Shown: positions 8,465 to 15,665 of the stretch, one piece after another | How positions within the stretch are numbered: the first letter of the stretch is position 1 | Layout: each line of letters opens with the position of its first letter | Source: an uncultured Muribaculaceae bacterium | Lineage (GTDB): Bacteria; Pseudomonadota; Alphaproteobacteria; Rs-D84 | Reading direction: 5' to 3' | Length of the DNA stretch: 44,877 bases | NCBI GenBank assembly: GCA_964368385.1 | Contig: CAYJAG010000002.1 | Coordinates: forward strand, 1-44,877 | Notes under the pieces: model-generated | What the model was told of the DNA's origin: nothing | The model's input: only the letters and a program-made list of their open reading frames with translations | The model's database searches: none | Program-made: the position numbers and the translations under genes

Positions 8465-8550
8465 TGGTGGGAGCGGTTGGAGTCGAACCAACTCAAGCAA
8501 AGCTAACAGATTTACAGTCTGCCCCGGCTCTCCGACTCCGGCGCGCGCCC
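8465..8550 (-). tRNA. tRNA-Tyr (anticodon GUA), class II with long variable arm
   Basis: Reverse complement is GGGCGCGCGCCGGAGTCGGAGAGCCGGGGCAGACTGTAAATCTGTTAGCTTTGCTTGAGTTGGTTCGACTCCAACCGCTCCCACCA. Anticodon loop is CTGTAAA, with a 13-nt variable arm and encoded CCA. There is a C4:U69 mismatch in the acceptor stem. Confidence 0.88.
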
Positions 8551-8595
8551 AAAAAAAATAAAAAGACAAAAGAATGCGATTGCATTCGTTTGTCT
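8551..8595 (-). terminator. Terminator-like hairpin plus T-run between tRNA-Glu and tRNA-Tyr
   Basis: The minus strand reads AGACAAAcGAATGC-AATC-GCATTCtTTTGTCT followed by TTTTATTTTTTTT, which runs straight into tRNA-Tyr position 1. Confidence 0.45.
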
Positions 8596-8601
8596 AGATT
8601 T

Positions 8602-8677
8602 TGGCAGCCCCAACCGGAGTCGAACCGGTGTTCTCGCCTTGAAAGGGCGGTGTCCTGGGCCTCTAGACGATGGGGCC
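8602..8677 (-). tRNA. tRNA-Glu (anticodon UUC)
   Basis: Reverse complement is GGCCCCATCGTCTAGAGGCCCAGGACACCGCCCTTTCAAGGCGAGAACACCGGTTCGACTCCGGTTGGGGCTGCCA. The D-arm TCTAGAGGCCCAGGA is typical of tRNA-Glu. Anticodon loop is CTTTCAA. G1:U72 and C27:A43 are non-Watson-Crick pairs. Confidence 0.9.
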
Positions 8678-8683
8678 AAAATA

Positions 8684-8760
8684 TGGCGGGATTGACGGGG
8701 CTCGAACCCGCGACCTTCTGCGTGACAGGCAGACGCTCTAACCAACTGAGCTACAACCCC
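8684..8760 (-). tRNA. tRNA-Asp (anticodon GUC)
   Basis: Reverse complement is GGGGTTGTAGCTCAGTTGGTTAGAGCGTCTGCCTGTCACGCAGAAGGTCGCGGGTTCGAGCCCCGTCAATCCCGCCA. Anticodon loop is CTGTCAC. Canonical cloverleaf with encoded CCA. Confidence 0.92.
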
Positions 8761-8863
8761 AACTTATCAACCAAAGCCCTGCAGGCAATGGATGAAGGCT
8801 CGCGCAGTTTATACTCTTATTTCATAAAAATCAAGGATTTTTTTATGCTCAATAAACAGCCGC

Positions 8864-8893
8864 TTGGCGTTACTTTCTTTTTTATGCTATAAT
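8864..8893 (+). promoter_or_regulatory. Sigma70-type promoter (TTGGCG-18 nt-TGcTATAAT) for the 8907 gene
   Basis: Extended -10 TGCTATAAT at 8885-8893, with 13 nt between the -10 and the ATG. The downstream sequence GAGAGAATGAAAA is identical to that of the 6113 gene. Confidence 0.4.
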
Positions 8894-8906
8894 TGCTTTC
8901 GAGAGA

Positions 8907-10925
8907 ATGAAAATAATAAGCCGATTTTTCGTAATTGTTTTTTGCACAGCTTTGCTGTCGCCTTGCGCCGCGTTTGCCCAAAATTCCGAACCAACCCAGA
9001 ATTTTGCGGGCAAAGAAACTGCGCCTGTTGCCAACGAACCACCCGCACTGGAAACAACTTGTGCCCAGCAAGTTTTTGCAGGCGCGCTGCAGGCAGATGC
9101 CGCAGCCGTGTCCGAGCAGTCGCCTGAGTTCGAAATTCAAGCATGGATTTATAAAAATTTTCAAGATCCATCAGTTATTAAAAAAGTTTTGGCCTGCCCC
9201 GAAGTTTCAGTGCTGGATGAAGAAGACAATCTGCTAGTTCCACCGATAGAGTATCAATTCCCAGTCAGTCGTAAAATTGTTGTGAACTATGAAACTCAAC
9301 CAAAAATTTTGCAACAACGGGTTCTTTTGTCTGGCAAGCAGCCCCTGCCCTGCAGCGGCGACGAATGCGTTTCTCCACGCGTCGGTGCGCCCGGCGACAC
9401 AAACATTTGGACCAACACCGAACCTGCATGGTATGGGATTCTGGTTGTTCAGGCCGGCGCGTTGGACGCCTTTATCGGCGAAGACAAAAATAATACTATT
9501 TCTTTGAAGTATTTTGAAGATAATTTTGATGCGATTTATCCAAAAAATCACAATACCACAAAGATTTGGCAGGCTGGCGGCGGAATTACTGCCCCACTTT
9601 GCACCAGTGTTTCGGCCTTTGCTGACGACAATGACATTGTGAATTTGGCGGCCGTTAAAACCATTGGTTTGGCAAATGCCGAAGAAAAAGATAATAACGA
9701 TTACTATGTTGCGGGCGTGGCCAGCTTGAAATGGGTCGGGTGGGCCCAGGTCGCGATGGATGCTGCGATAACCGTTGCAACTGTCGGTGGCGGAACGGTT
9801 GTACTGGGTATGACCAAGGCTGTGCGCGCAACCCGTGCCGCAAAGAATCTGGCCAAAACCATGAAGACTTTGCGGGGTTTGGACAGCGTCAAGGATTATG
9901 AAAAAGCCGTAAATGCCGCAGCCAAATCAAAAAATATGATAAAGGAATTGGATGCAATTTCTGATGTCAGCAAGCTGGAACTGGGCAAGGCAGATGACCT
10001 TGCAAAGATTATGAAAAACCCAAACGCAACGGAAAGAATGGGACAGATTGAAAAAAACATGCGTGTGGCCGAACAAAATTTAGAGCGAACAAAAGATGTA
10101 AAGTATCAATATGAAATAAACCGACAAAGAAATTTATTCAAAACAGAACTGGAAACAATCTCGAAAACCAAGGATGCGAAGCTGGATGAAATTGCGCGCT
10201 TGGAAAAAGAAATGGCCCAGGCGGAAAAATTGGACGATGTAAAACAATATAAAAAGGCTGTTTTGGAATTTGGAAAACTGCAAGATTTGCGACGCGGGAT
10301 GAAGGCCTGGAAAATACCCCAGCGTGGGAATGTTATTGCACGTACGTGGCGTGCTGCCAAAGCTTTGCGCGCGCTGAACAGGGGTGAAAAGACAATCAGC
10401 AGTGGTGCAAAAATCGGACGCGCCGGCATGAAGTCCGGAAAAATTCGTGATTGGTTGTTCCAAAGCACTTTGAAAAATGTGGGTCGTTTGGCAAAGATGG
10501 AAAATCAAGAGGGCCTGTTATATGCTGCATTGAAATTCGGCGGCGACATGTATGACATGACCGAAACATCAACCGGAGAATTCACCAGCAATATAAAATT
10601 TACCCCTTTGGGTTTATTGTCGGCTGATGATTTAACCGGTCAGGAAAATGTTGTTAATCACGGAATGTGGCTGATGTGGGCCGGCGATTCGGTGTCGCCT
10701 GTGGATGATGACGCGGCGTTTTTGCAGGCCATGGATTTTGCCAACAAATTTAATCAGGACATGCAGGAAGTTCAAGATGAAGCATCTGAATCTGGACGCA
10801 GTGCCGGAACCATGTGCGATGTAGATATATTTGTGGTGCGCCCGATAGTTCGCAATCCAGATTCTGATAATCCAGAATTGTTTTACTTGATAATGAACGA
10901 TGTGCCGTGGAAAGTCAGACAATAA
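8907..10925 (+). CDS. Large secreted/envelope protein: signal peptide, Cys-containing N-domain, central Gly/Ala hydrophobic segment, long K/E-rich coiled coil, C-terminal domain. No family recognised.
   Basis: 672 aa. MKIISRFFVIVFCTALLSPCAAFA|QNS is a Sec signal. WVGWAQVAMDAAITVATVGGGTVVLGMT is the hydrophobic segment. About 200 aa of heptad-like K/E/A-rich sequence follow. Confidence 0.8.
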   Translation: MKIISRFFVIVFCTALLSPCAAFAQNSEPTQNFAGKETAPVANEPPALETTCAQQVFAGALQADAAAVSEQSPEFEIQAWIYKNFQDPSVIKKVLACPEVSVLDEEDNLLVPPIEYQFPVSRKIVVNYETQPKILQQRVLLSGKQPLPCSGDECVSPRVGAPGDTNIWTNTEPAWYGILVVQAGALDAFIGEDKNNTISLKYFEDNFDAIYPKNHNTTKIWQAGGGITAPLCTSVSAFADDNDIVNLAAVKTIGLANAEEKDNNDYYVAGVASLKWVGWAQVAMDAAITVATVGGGTVVLGMTKAVRATRAAKNLAKTMKTLRGLDSVKDYEKAVNAAAKSKNMIKELDAISDVSKLELGKADDLAKIMKNPNATERMGQIEKNMRVAEQNLERTKDVKYQYEINRQRNLFKTELETISKTKDAKLDEIARLEKEMAQAEKLDDVKQYKKAVLEFGKLQDLRRGMKAWKIPQRGNVIARTWRAAKALRALNRGEKTISSGAKIGRAGMKSGKIRDWLFQSTLKNVGRLAKMENQEGLLYAALKFGGDMYDMTETSTGEFTSNIKFTPLGLLSADDLTGQENVVNHGMWLMWAGDSVSPVDDDAAFLQAMDFANKFNQDMQEVQDEASESGRSAGTMCDVDIFVVRPIVRNPDSDNPELFYLIMNDVPWKVRQ

Positions 10926-10983
10926 ATTCCCATTGTTTTTGCTTTCGGAATTTTCTATAATCTGGGTAAAGAGAGGTATCGCC

Positions 10984-11301
10984 ATGAAAAAAATATTTAT
11001 TTTTGGATTATTGATTACCATTTGTGCATCAGCAAATGCCTATACCCTTCGTTCTCAGAAAGAGCTGGGCAAAGACGATGCTCGGAACCAGAACATAGTT
11101 GCGCAATGCACAACCCCGGATGGTAAAGTGTCAAATCAAACCTGCCAGTTGCGCAGATATGTTAAATGCACCACGAATGCCGCGGGTAAGAAGAATTGCA
11201 ACGGATGGCAGCCATGGCAGGATTTGCGCAGTCCGGGCGCTGGATTTTCTGACTGGCGCCAAGGCGCAGAATCTTGCTGTCAGGCAAAAGGCTTACGATA
11301 A
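10984..11301 (+). CDS. Small secreted Cys-rich protein (105-aa precursor)
   Basis: Internal ATG at 10984 gives MKKIFIFGLLITICASANA|YTL. The mature part has 6 Cys, including a vicinal CC near the C-terminus (ESCCQAKGLR). A TATAAT lies at 10956-10961. Confidence 0.7.
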   Translation: MKKIFIFGLLITICASANAYTLRSQKELGKDDARNQNIVAQCTTPDGKVSNQTCQLRRYVKCTTNAAGKKNCNGWQPWQDLRSPGAGFSDWRQGAESCCQAKGLR

Positions 11302-11329
11302 AAAAATCCGCCAGTTTGGCGGATTTTTT
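11302..11329. terminator. Bidirectional intrinsic terminator between the convergent 10984 gene and tolA
   Basis: AAAAA-ATCCGCC-AGTTT-GGCGGAT-TTTTTT. It overlaps the tolA stop codon. Confidence 0.6.
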
Positions 11330-12053
11330 ATTGCACGCTGGCGTTGGATGGATAGAAAGTCAGCTGTATTGTTTTCCAGCTTTCATATTCGTTTTCAGGC
11401 AGCATGCTGAATGGTTGGCAATTAGTTACTGCTGTTCGTATTGTATCAAAAACATATGCAAGTGATGGATTGTCTGTTGCGGCAGATTCTTGCTCGAACC
11501 AAACGCTTTGTACAAACCCGCGCTGATTCATAGAAAGATGTGCGACCGCACGAATGTCATTGATGCCTGGATAGTTTCGATCAAACACCCAACATCTGGT
11601 CATTGCAACCCGCAGAGCATCCACAACTGAAATTGTCATTGTTCGGTTCAGGCTGGTAGTTTCGCGATTTACGCGGACTATGGTTGCCGCTTTGGGTGCG
11701 TCAGGATTTGGTTGAGTTGTGGTCTTTTTTACTACATCCGGCAAAGCAGCGATTTTTTCTAAAACCGGATCATCACCAAAAGGTTCGGGTATTTCTTTTG
11801 TTTTCTTTTCTTTTTTTTGTTCGGGCTCGTCGGTTTTTGCCTCAGGCGTTTCTGTATTGAATACCAGTGTTTCATTGCCTTTGATTTCAACGCGCGTCAG
11901 GTCTATTTCATAAATCTGAACATGGTCAGCCATGACAACTTGATCCATCGGATTCAGCACAGCGAACGATGTAATCAGCAAGGCGACAATACCCAAATGC
12001 CCCGCAATGGATACCAGAAAATTTTCCGATAAAAATGCAGAATTTTTTTTCAA
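11328..12053 (-). CDS. tolA: TolA-like (TonB/TolA family) envelope protein
   Basis: 241 aa. N-terminal TM FLVSIAGHLGIVALLITSFAVL, a charged E/K/P linker (TDEPEQKKEKKTKEIPEP) and a C-terminal globular domain. It sits directly after tolQ-tolR with a 4-nt overlap. Confidence 0.7.
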   Translation of the reverse strand: MKKNSAFLSENFLVSIAGHLGIVALLITSFAVLNPMDQVVMADHVQIYEIDLTRVEIKGNETLVFNTETPEAKTDEPEQKKEKKTKEIPEPFGDDPVLEKIAALPDVVKKTTTQPNPDAPKAATIVRVNRETTSLNRTMTISVVDALRVAMTRCWVFDRNYPGINDIRAVAHLSMNQRGFVQSVWFEQESAATDNPSLAYVFDTIRTAVTNCQPFSMLPENEYESWKTIQLTFYPSNASVQ

Positions 12054-12454
12054 TTTTCAAGTTTCGTACGCAGGCCGACTTTTTGGAAACCTGCGTCTTT
12101 TAACGCGCCCATCATAGACATAACTGCGCCATAGTTCGCGTTTTTGTCGCCATTTATCATGATTGTCAGTTTTGGATTTTCACCACGCATTGCCACCAAA
12201 CGCTCTACTATTTCTGCGCGGGTGCGCTGCTCTTTTCCGACAAAATAACGTCCGCCGGTATCCACCCCGATTTGGATTGCGTGATCATCACCAGACATTG
12301 CGCTTTGGCCTGCTTTGGGCAAGTCCAAATCAATACCGCTGGTCAGCATTGGTGCAGTCACGACAAACACCGCCAGCAGCACGGTCATGACATCAATCAT
12401 TGGCGTCATAACTATCAAGGAATTGGAATCTACGGATTTTCTTCTGCGCGCCAT
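12050..12454 (-). CDS. tolR: TolR / ExbD-family biopolymer transport protein
   Basis: 134 aa. MTPMIDVMTVLLAVFVV TM with the conserved Asp, then an ExbD periplasmic domain (IMINGDKNANYGAVMSMMGALKDAGF). Confidence 0.85.
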   Translation of the reverse strand: MARRRKSVDSNSLIVMTPMIDVMTVLLAVFVVTAPMLTSGIDLDLPKAGQSAMSGDDHAIQIGVDTGGRYFVGKEQRTRAEIVERLVAMRGENPKLTIMINGDKNANYGAVMSMMGALKDAGFQKVGLRTKLEN

Positions 12455-12455
12455 T

Positions 12456-12947
12456 TTATTTTCTCTTTAATTCTTTGGCTTGATTTTCTATTTTATTATA
12501 CAATTCATCAGACTTTTTGCTGAAGTATTGATAAGAAATCGCTGCAGGAATTGCGACAAACAAACCCAATGCGGTTTCGCCCAATGCAACCGCCAACCCG
12601 GGGGCAATAACCGCCAGACTGGTCGAGTTGTTTGCGCCAATCGCGCTGAACAAATGCATAATTCCCCAAATTGTTCCAAACAATCCCACAAAAGGCGCAA
12701 CCGCTGAAGCCATTGATAAAAACCATAAATTTTTATCATAAGGTTCAATAATTTTATCTGGGATTGTATCCAGATTATCTTCACGCGAAATCTTTATCTG
12801 GCGATTTTTTGTTTCTTTCCATAAACGGAATTTCCCAATAATGATTGTCCAAGAAATGATACTTGCCACGACCAGCATTATTGATGTTAAAAAAGCAACT
12901 GGGTCACTTGGTGAAAATATTGATAGAAATGAAAAGTTGTTTTGCAT
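12456..12947 (-). CDS. tolQ: TolQ / ExbB (MotA-family) proton channel, unusually short
   Basis: 163 aa. The motif APFVGLFGTIWGIM...IAPGLAVALGETALGLFVAIPA is the MotA/TolQ/ExbB channel signature. The loop between TM1 and TM2 is only about 45 aa. Confidence 0.8.
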   Translation of the reverse strand: MQNNFSFLSIFSPSDPVAFLTSIMLVVASIISWTIIIGKFRLWKETKNRQIKISREDNLDTIPDKIIEPYDKNLWFLSMASAVAPFVGLFGTIWGIMHLFSAIGANNSTSLAVIAPGLAVALGETALGLFVAIPAAISYQYFSKKSDELYNKIENQAKELKRK

Positions 12948-12960
12948 TGTTTTTTTTCCT

Positions 12961-13338
12961 TTATTTTATTTTCTTTATATATTCTTCGGGGATTCTTTTT
13001 GGTTTCATATCGGCCCCAATATATGCAGCAGTGCCGTGAAGTATAGCATAAATTTCATCATCTTTCACGAACTTTTGTTCTATTTTTAATGATGCCGCGC
13101 CAATATCGGTTGCATTGGTTTCAACGACAAAATTATCGCCTAAACGCAATGGCTTTTTATATTTTACATTTAATTCGCGGATTACAAATCCTATATCGCC
13201 GTTTGTTGGCGCAGAATCCATCATCCATTTCATCCTGGCGCGTTCGGCAATCTCGATATAACGCGCATGATAAACAATACCTCCGGCATCAGTATCGGCA
13301 TAGGCTATTGAAAAAGGGAAAATGTGTGTATTTTTCAT
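12961..13338 (-). CDS. ybgC: YbgC-type acyl-CoA thioesterase (4HBT hot-dog fold)
   Basis: 125 aa. FSIAYADTDAGGIVYHARYIEIAERAR is the 4HBT catalytic-Asp motif. It occupies the canonical position upstream of tolQ. Confidence 0.8.
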   Translation of the reverse strand: MKNTHIFPFSIAYADTDAGGIVYHARYIEIAERARMKWMMDSAPTNGDIGFVIRELNVKYKKPLRLGDNFVVETNATDIGAASLKIEQKFVKDDEIYAILHGTAAYIGADMKPKRIPEEYIKKIK

Positions 13339-13823
13339 ATTACATCTTCAAAGTATTCACCAGATTTTAAGAATATTATATCGTTACCTAAATTTTTTGC
13401 AAGATTTAAGGCATGATTATAACGTTCGGTCAAATTGTTTTCTATGTATTTTGCGTTATCACCACGTTTTATATAATCTTGCCTTAATTGTTTTAGTCTG
13501 TTGTAACCAGGCAAAACAATTTTATAATCCGTGATACCCAAAGAATTTATTATATTTATAGAATCTTTTTTGAAAGCCATCAAAATGGTTTTATCACATG
13601 CTATTTGTGCCTTGATATATTCCTTAATGTTGTTTGGGTATTTGGGATTTATTGTCTTAATCGGACTCCCGCGATAATTTGGACAGCAAGCTTTTGCATT
13701 CATATATTTCTCCAAACTTAAATCTTGGAAAAATCTTATTCCGATGTCAATAAATTGAAAATTTTTGTTTGCCAGTGTGGTTTTCCCCAACCCTGGATAA
13801 ACAAGATATGTTTTGCTCATCAT
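13335..13823 (-). CDS. Small P-loop (nucleotide-kinase-like) protein, orphan
   Basis: 162 aa. [20 protein letters not shown] is Walker A-like (PGxGKTT). Visibly AT-rich. ATGA overlap with ybgC, and it starts 6 nt after the ruvB stop. Confidence 0.62.
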   Translation of the reverse strand: MMSKTYLVYPGLGKTTLANKNFQFIDIGIRFFQDLSLEKYMNAKACCPNYRGSPIKTINPKYPNNIKEYIKAQIACDKTILMAFKKDSINIINSLGITDYKIVLPGYNRLKQLRQDYIKRGDNAKYIENNLTERYNHALNLAKNLGNDIIFLKSGEYFEDVI

Positions 13824-13829
13824 CTGTTC

Positions 13830-14825
13830 CTATTTCTGTAAGCCCAGGTGTTCATATCCTTGTTCTGTTACCACTCGTCCGCGAGGAGTGCGTTGAATAA
13901 ATCCTTGCTGCATCAAGTAAGGTTCTATTACGTCTTCGATAGTGTCTGTCGGTTCAAATAAAATTGCACTTAGATTTTCAATTCCAACCGGTCCGCCGCC
14001 GTAATACCGAACTATCGCGTTCATGTATTCGCGGTCAATCTCATCAAGCCCACGCGCGTCAATATGCAGTTGAAACAAAGTCGTTTTTATTGTGTCGTCA
14101 GATATGTCCGCCCTGCCCGTTGCTGCTGCAAAATCCCGCGCGCGTTTCAGCAATCTGTTTGCAATACGTGGCGTCCCACGCGAAGAATGCGCAAGATTCA
14201 GCGCGCCAGCGGACTCTATTGTAATACCCAGTATATTCGCGGTGCGTCTGATGATTTTGCCCAGATCTTCTGGTGGATAAAAATTAAGACGCAAATCAAT
14301 TCCGAATCGGTCGCGCAAAGGATTGGATAACAATCCTGTTCTTGTTGTCGCACCAACCAAAGTGAATTGAGGTAAGTCTATGCGTACGCTTTTCGCAGAT
14401 GGCCCCTCGCCCAGCATAATGTCCAGCTTAAAGTCCTCCATCGCGGAATAAAGAACTTCTTCTATCGCCGTGGGCAACCGGTGAATTTCATCAATAAACA
14501 AAACATCATTCGGTTCCAGCGCGGTTAAAATCGCAGCAAGATCACCCTGTTTGGTCAACATAGGCGCAGCAGTTGCACGAAAATTCGTTCCCAATTCGTT
14601 CGCGACAATATGTGCCAGTGTTGTTTTCCCCAGTCCCGGGGGCCCGTATAAAAGCACATGATCCATCGCTTCGCCGCGCGCGCGCGCGCTGGCGACGAAC
14701 ACACCCAAGTTCTGTTTCAGCGATTCCTGTCCAACAAAGTCCGAAAGCTTTTTTGGACGAATTGTCGCCGCCATTTCGTCGGGAATTTCAGGATCAATAA
14801 AACGTTCTGTCGGTGTATTTTTCAT
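13830..14825 (-). CDS. ruvB: Holliday junction branch-migration ATPase RuvB
   Basis: 331 aa. [25 protein letters not shown] (Walker A), LFIDEIHRL (Walker B), [18 protein letters not shown] and a C-terminal winged-helix region. Confidence 0.95.
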   Translation of the reverse strand: MKNTPTERFIDPEIPDEMAATIRPKKLSDFVGQESLKQNLGVFVASARARGEAMDHVLLYGPPGLGKTTLAHIVANELGTNFRATAAPMLTKQGDLAAILTALEPNDVLFIDEIHRLPTAIEEVLYSAMEDFKLDIMLGEGPSAKSVRIDLPQFTLVGATTRTGLLSNPLRDRFGIDLRLNFYPPEDLGKIIRRTANILGITIESAGALNLAHSSRGTPRIANRLLKRARDFAAATGRADISDDTIKTTLFQLHIDARGLDEIDREYMNAIVRYYGGGPVGIENLSAILFEPTDTIEDVIEPYLMQQGFIQRTPRGRVVTEQGYEHLGLQK

Positions 14826-15484
14826 TATAATAACTTGTCATCTTCGTTTTCGCGGCCTACATACGCCTTGATGTCGTTGTAAAGTTGTTTCAATTCCGCT
14901 GGGGTTGCAAATTTTTCTGTTGCGTCTTTAATTTTTATTGTTTCCAGACTTATTTGCGCCTGCTTTTTCAGTATTTGAGTCAGATGAACCCCGAACGCAT
15001 GCGCATCTTCGCTTTCCTTGGCGCCCTGCAGCATTAAACCGCGGTTTGGGCGTGGCGAAAGAAATGTAAAATCACTGACCGAAGAATCTGGCGATACCAA
15101 AGTAAAGCCGCTGACCTCGGGCCGACGCATCATGGCCTGGATAGCGTACCACGCCCCCAGATGATTACCGGCCAGCCACAGGCGATCGCTTTCTTCATTT
15201 TGATTCTGAATCCAATCGATTACGGCCGCAATGTCGATCATATTGTCCGCGGTTGTTCCCAGTGTTCCCTCGGAATCGCCAACGCCGCGATAGTTGAAAC
15301 GAACGACAGAAAATCCAATGTCCATATAGGCCCGAAACATCGCGTAGGTCACTCGGTCGTTCATATGAAATCCGATATGGGGATTTCCCGGAAGAATTAC
15401 TGCCAAAGGCGCAACCTCGGCAGTTGCCTTATGATAGACCGCATGAATTTTTCCAGTATCGCCGGAAATTATTACATCAACCAT
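14825..15484 (-). CDS. Alpha/beta-fold hydrolase
   Basis: ATG at 15484 is preceded by AAGGAG 8 nt upstream. The track start at 15517 lacks this. [17 protein letters not shown]...[14 protein letters not shown]...[11 protein letters not shown] has a nucleophile-elbow-like GxxxG. TAATG overlap with ruvB. Confidence 0.78.
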   Translation of the reverse strand: MVDVIISGDTGKIHAVYHKATAEVAPLAVILPGNPHIGFHMNDRVTYAMFRAYMDIGFSVVRFNYRGVGDSEGTLGTTADNMIDIAAVIDWIQNQNEESDRLWLAGNHLGAWYAIQAMMRRPEVSGFTLVSPDSSVSDFTFLSPRPNRGLMLQGAKESEDAHAFGVHLTQILKKQAQISLETIKIKDATEKFATPAELKQLYNDIKAYVGRENEDDKLL

Positions 15485-15665
15485 TCGCTTTGCTCCTTTC
15501 AGTCGCTTCGCAGACACTATTAGTTTACGGATCAGTTATACACCATTGTTATCCAAAAGTTCAAGGTTATTTTTCCCGGCGCTAATAAATCTTCCCATTT
15601 TTTTTGTTTTGACAGGACATGTTGAAATGTTCTAACATGATTTGCAAAGAACAAGAGCGAATGTT

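Noticed and set aside
8317-8892. Track ORFs of 66-191 aa on both strands across 8141-8892, for example 8317-8892 (+), 8361-8561 (+) and 8512-8745 (-).
   Set aside because: They run straight through four well-formed tRNA genes and their spacers. They are GC-rich tRNA sequence read as protein, not coding regions.
10927-10946. Shared TTCCCATT-(G/T)-TTTTT motif upstream of three secreted-protein genes (6041-6058, 10927-10946, 15593-15612).
   Set aside because: The copy at 6041 encodes the conserved PFAPFFF motif of the peptidase. A similar TTCCCATTGTATTCT occurs inside rplS (about 30162). T-rich matches of this length are therefore expected by chance. I kept it only as a weak note.
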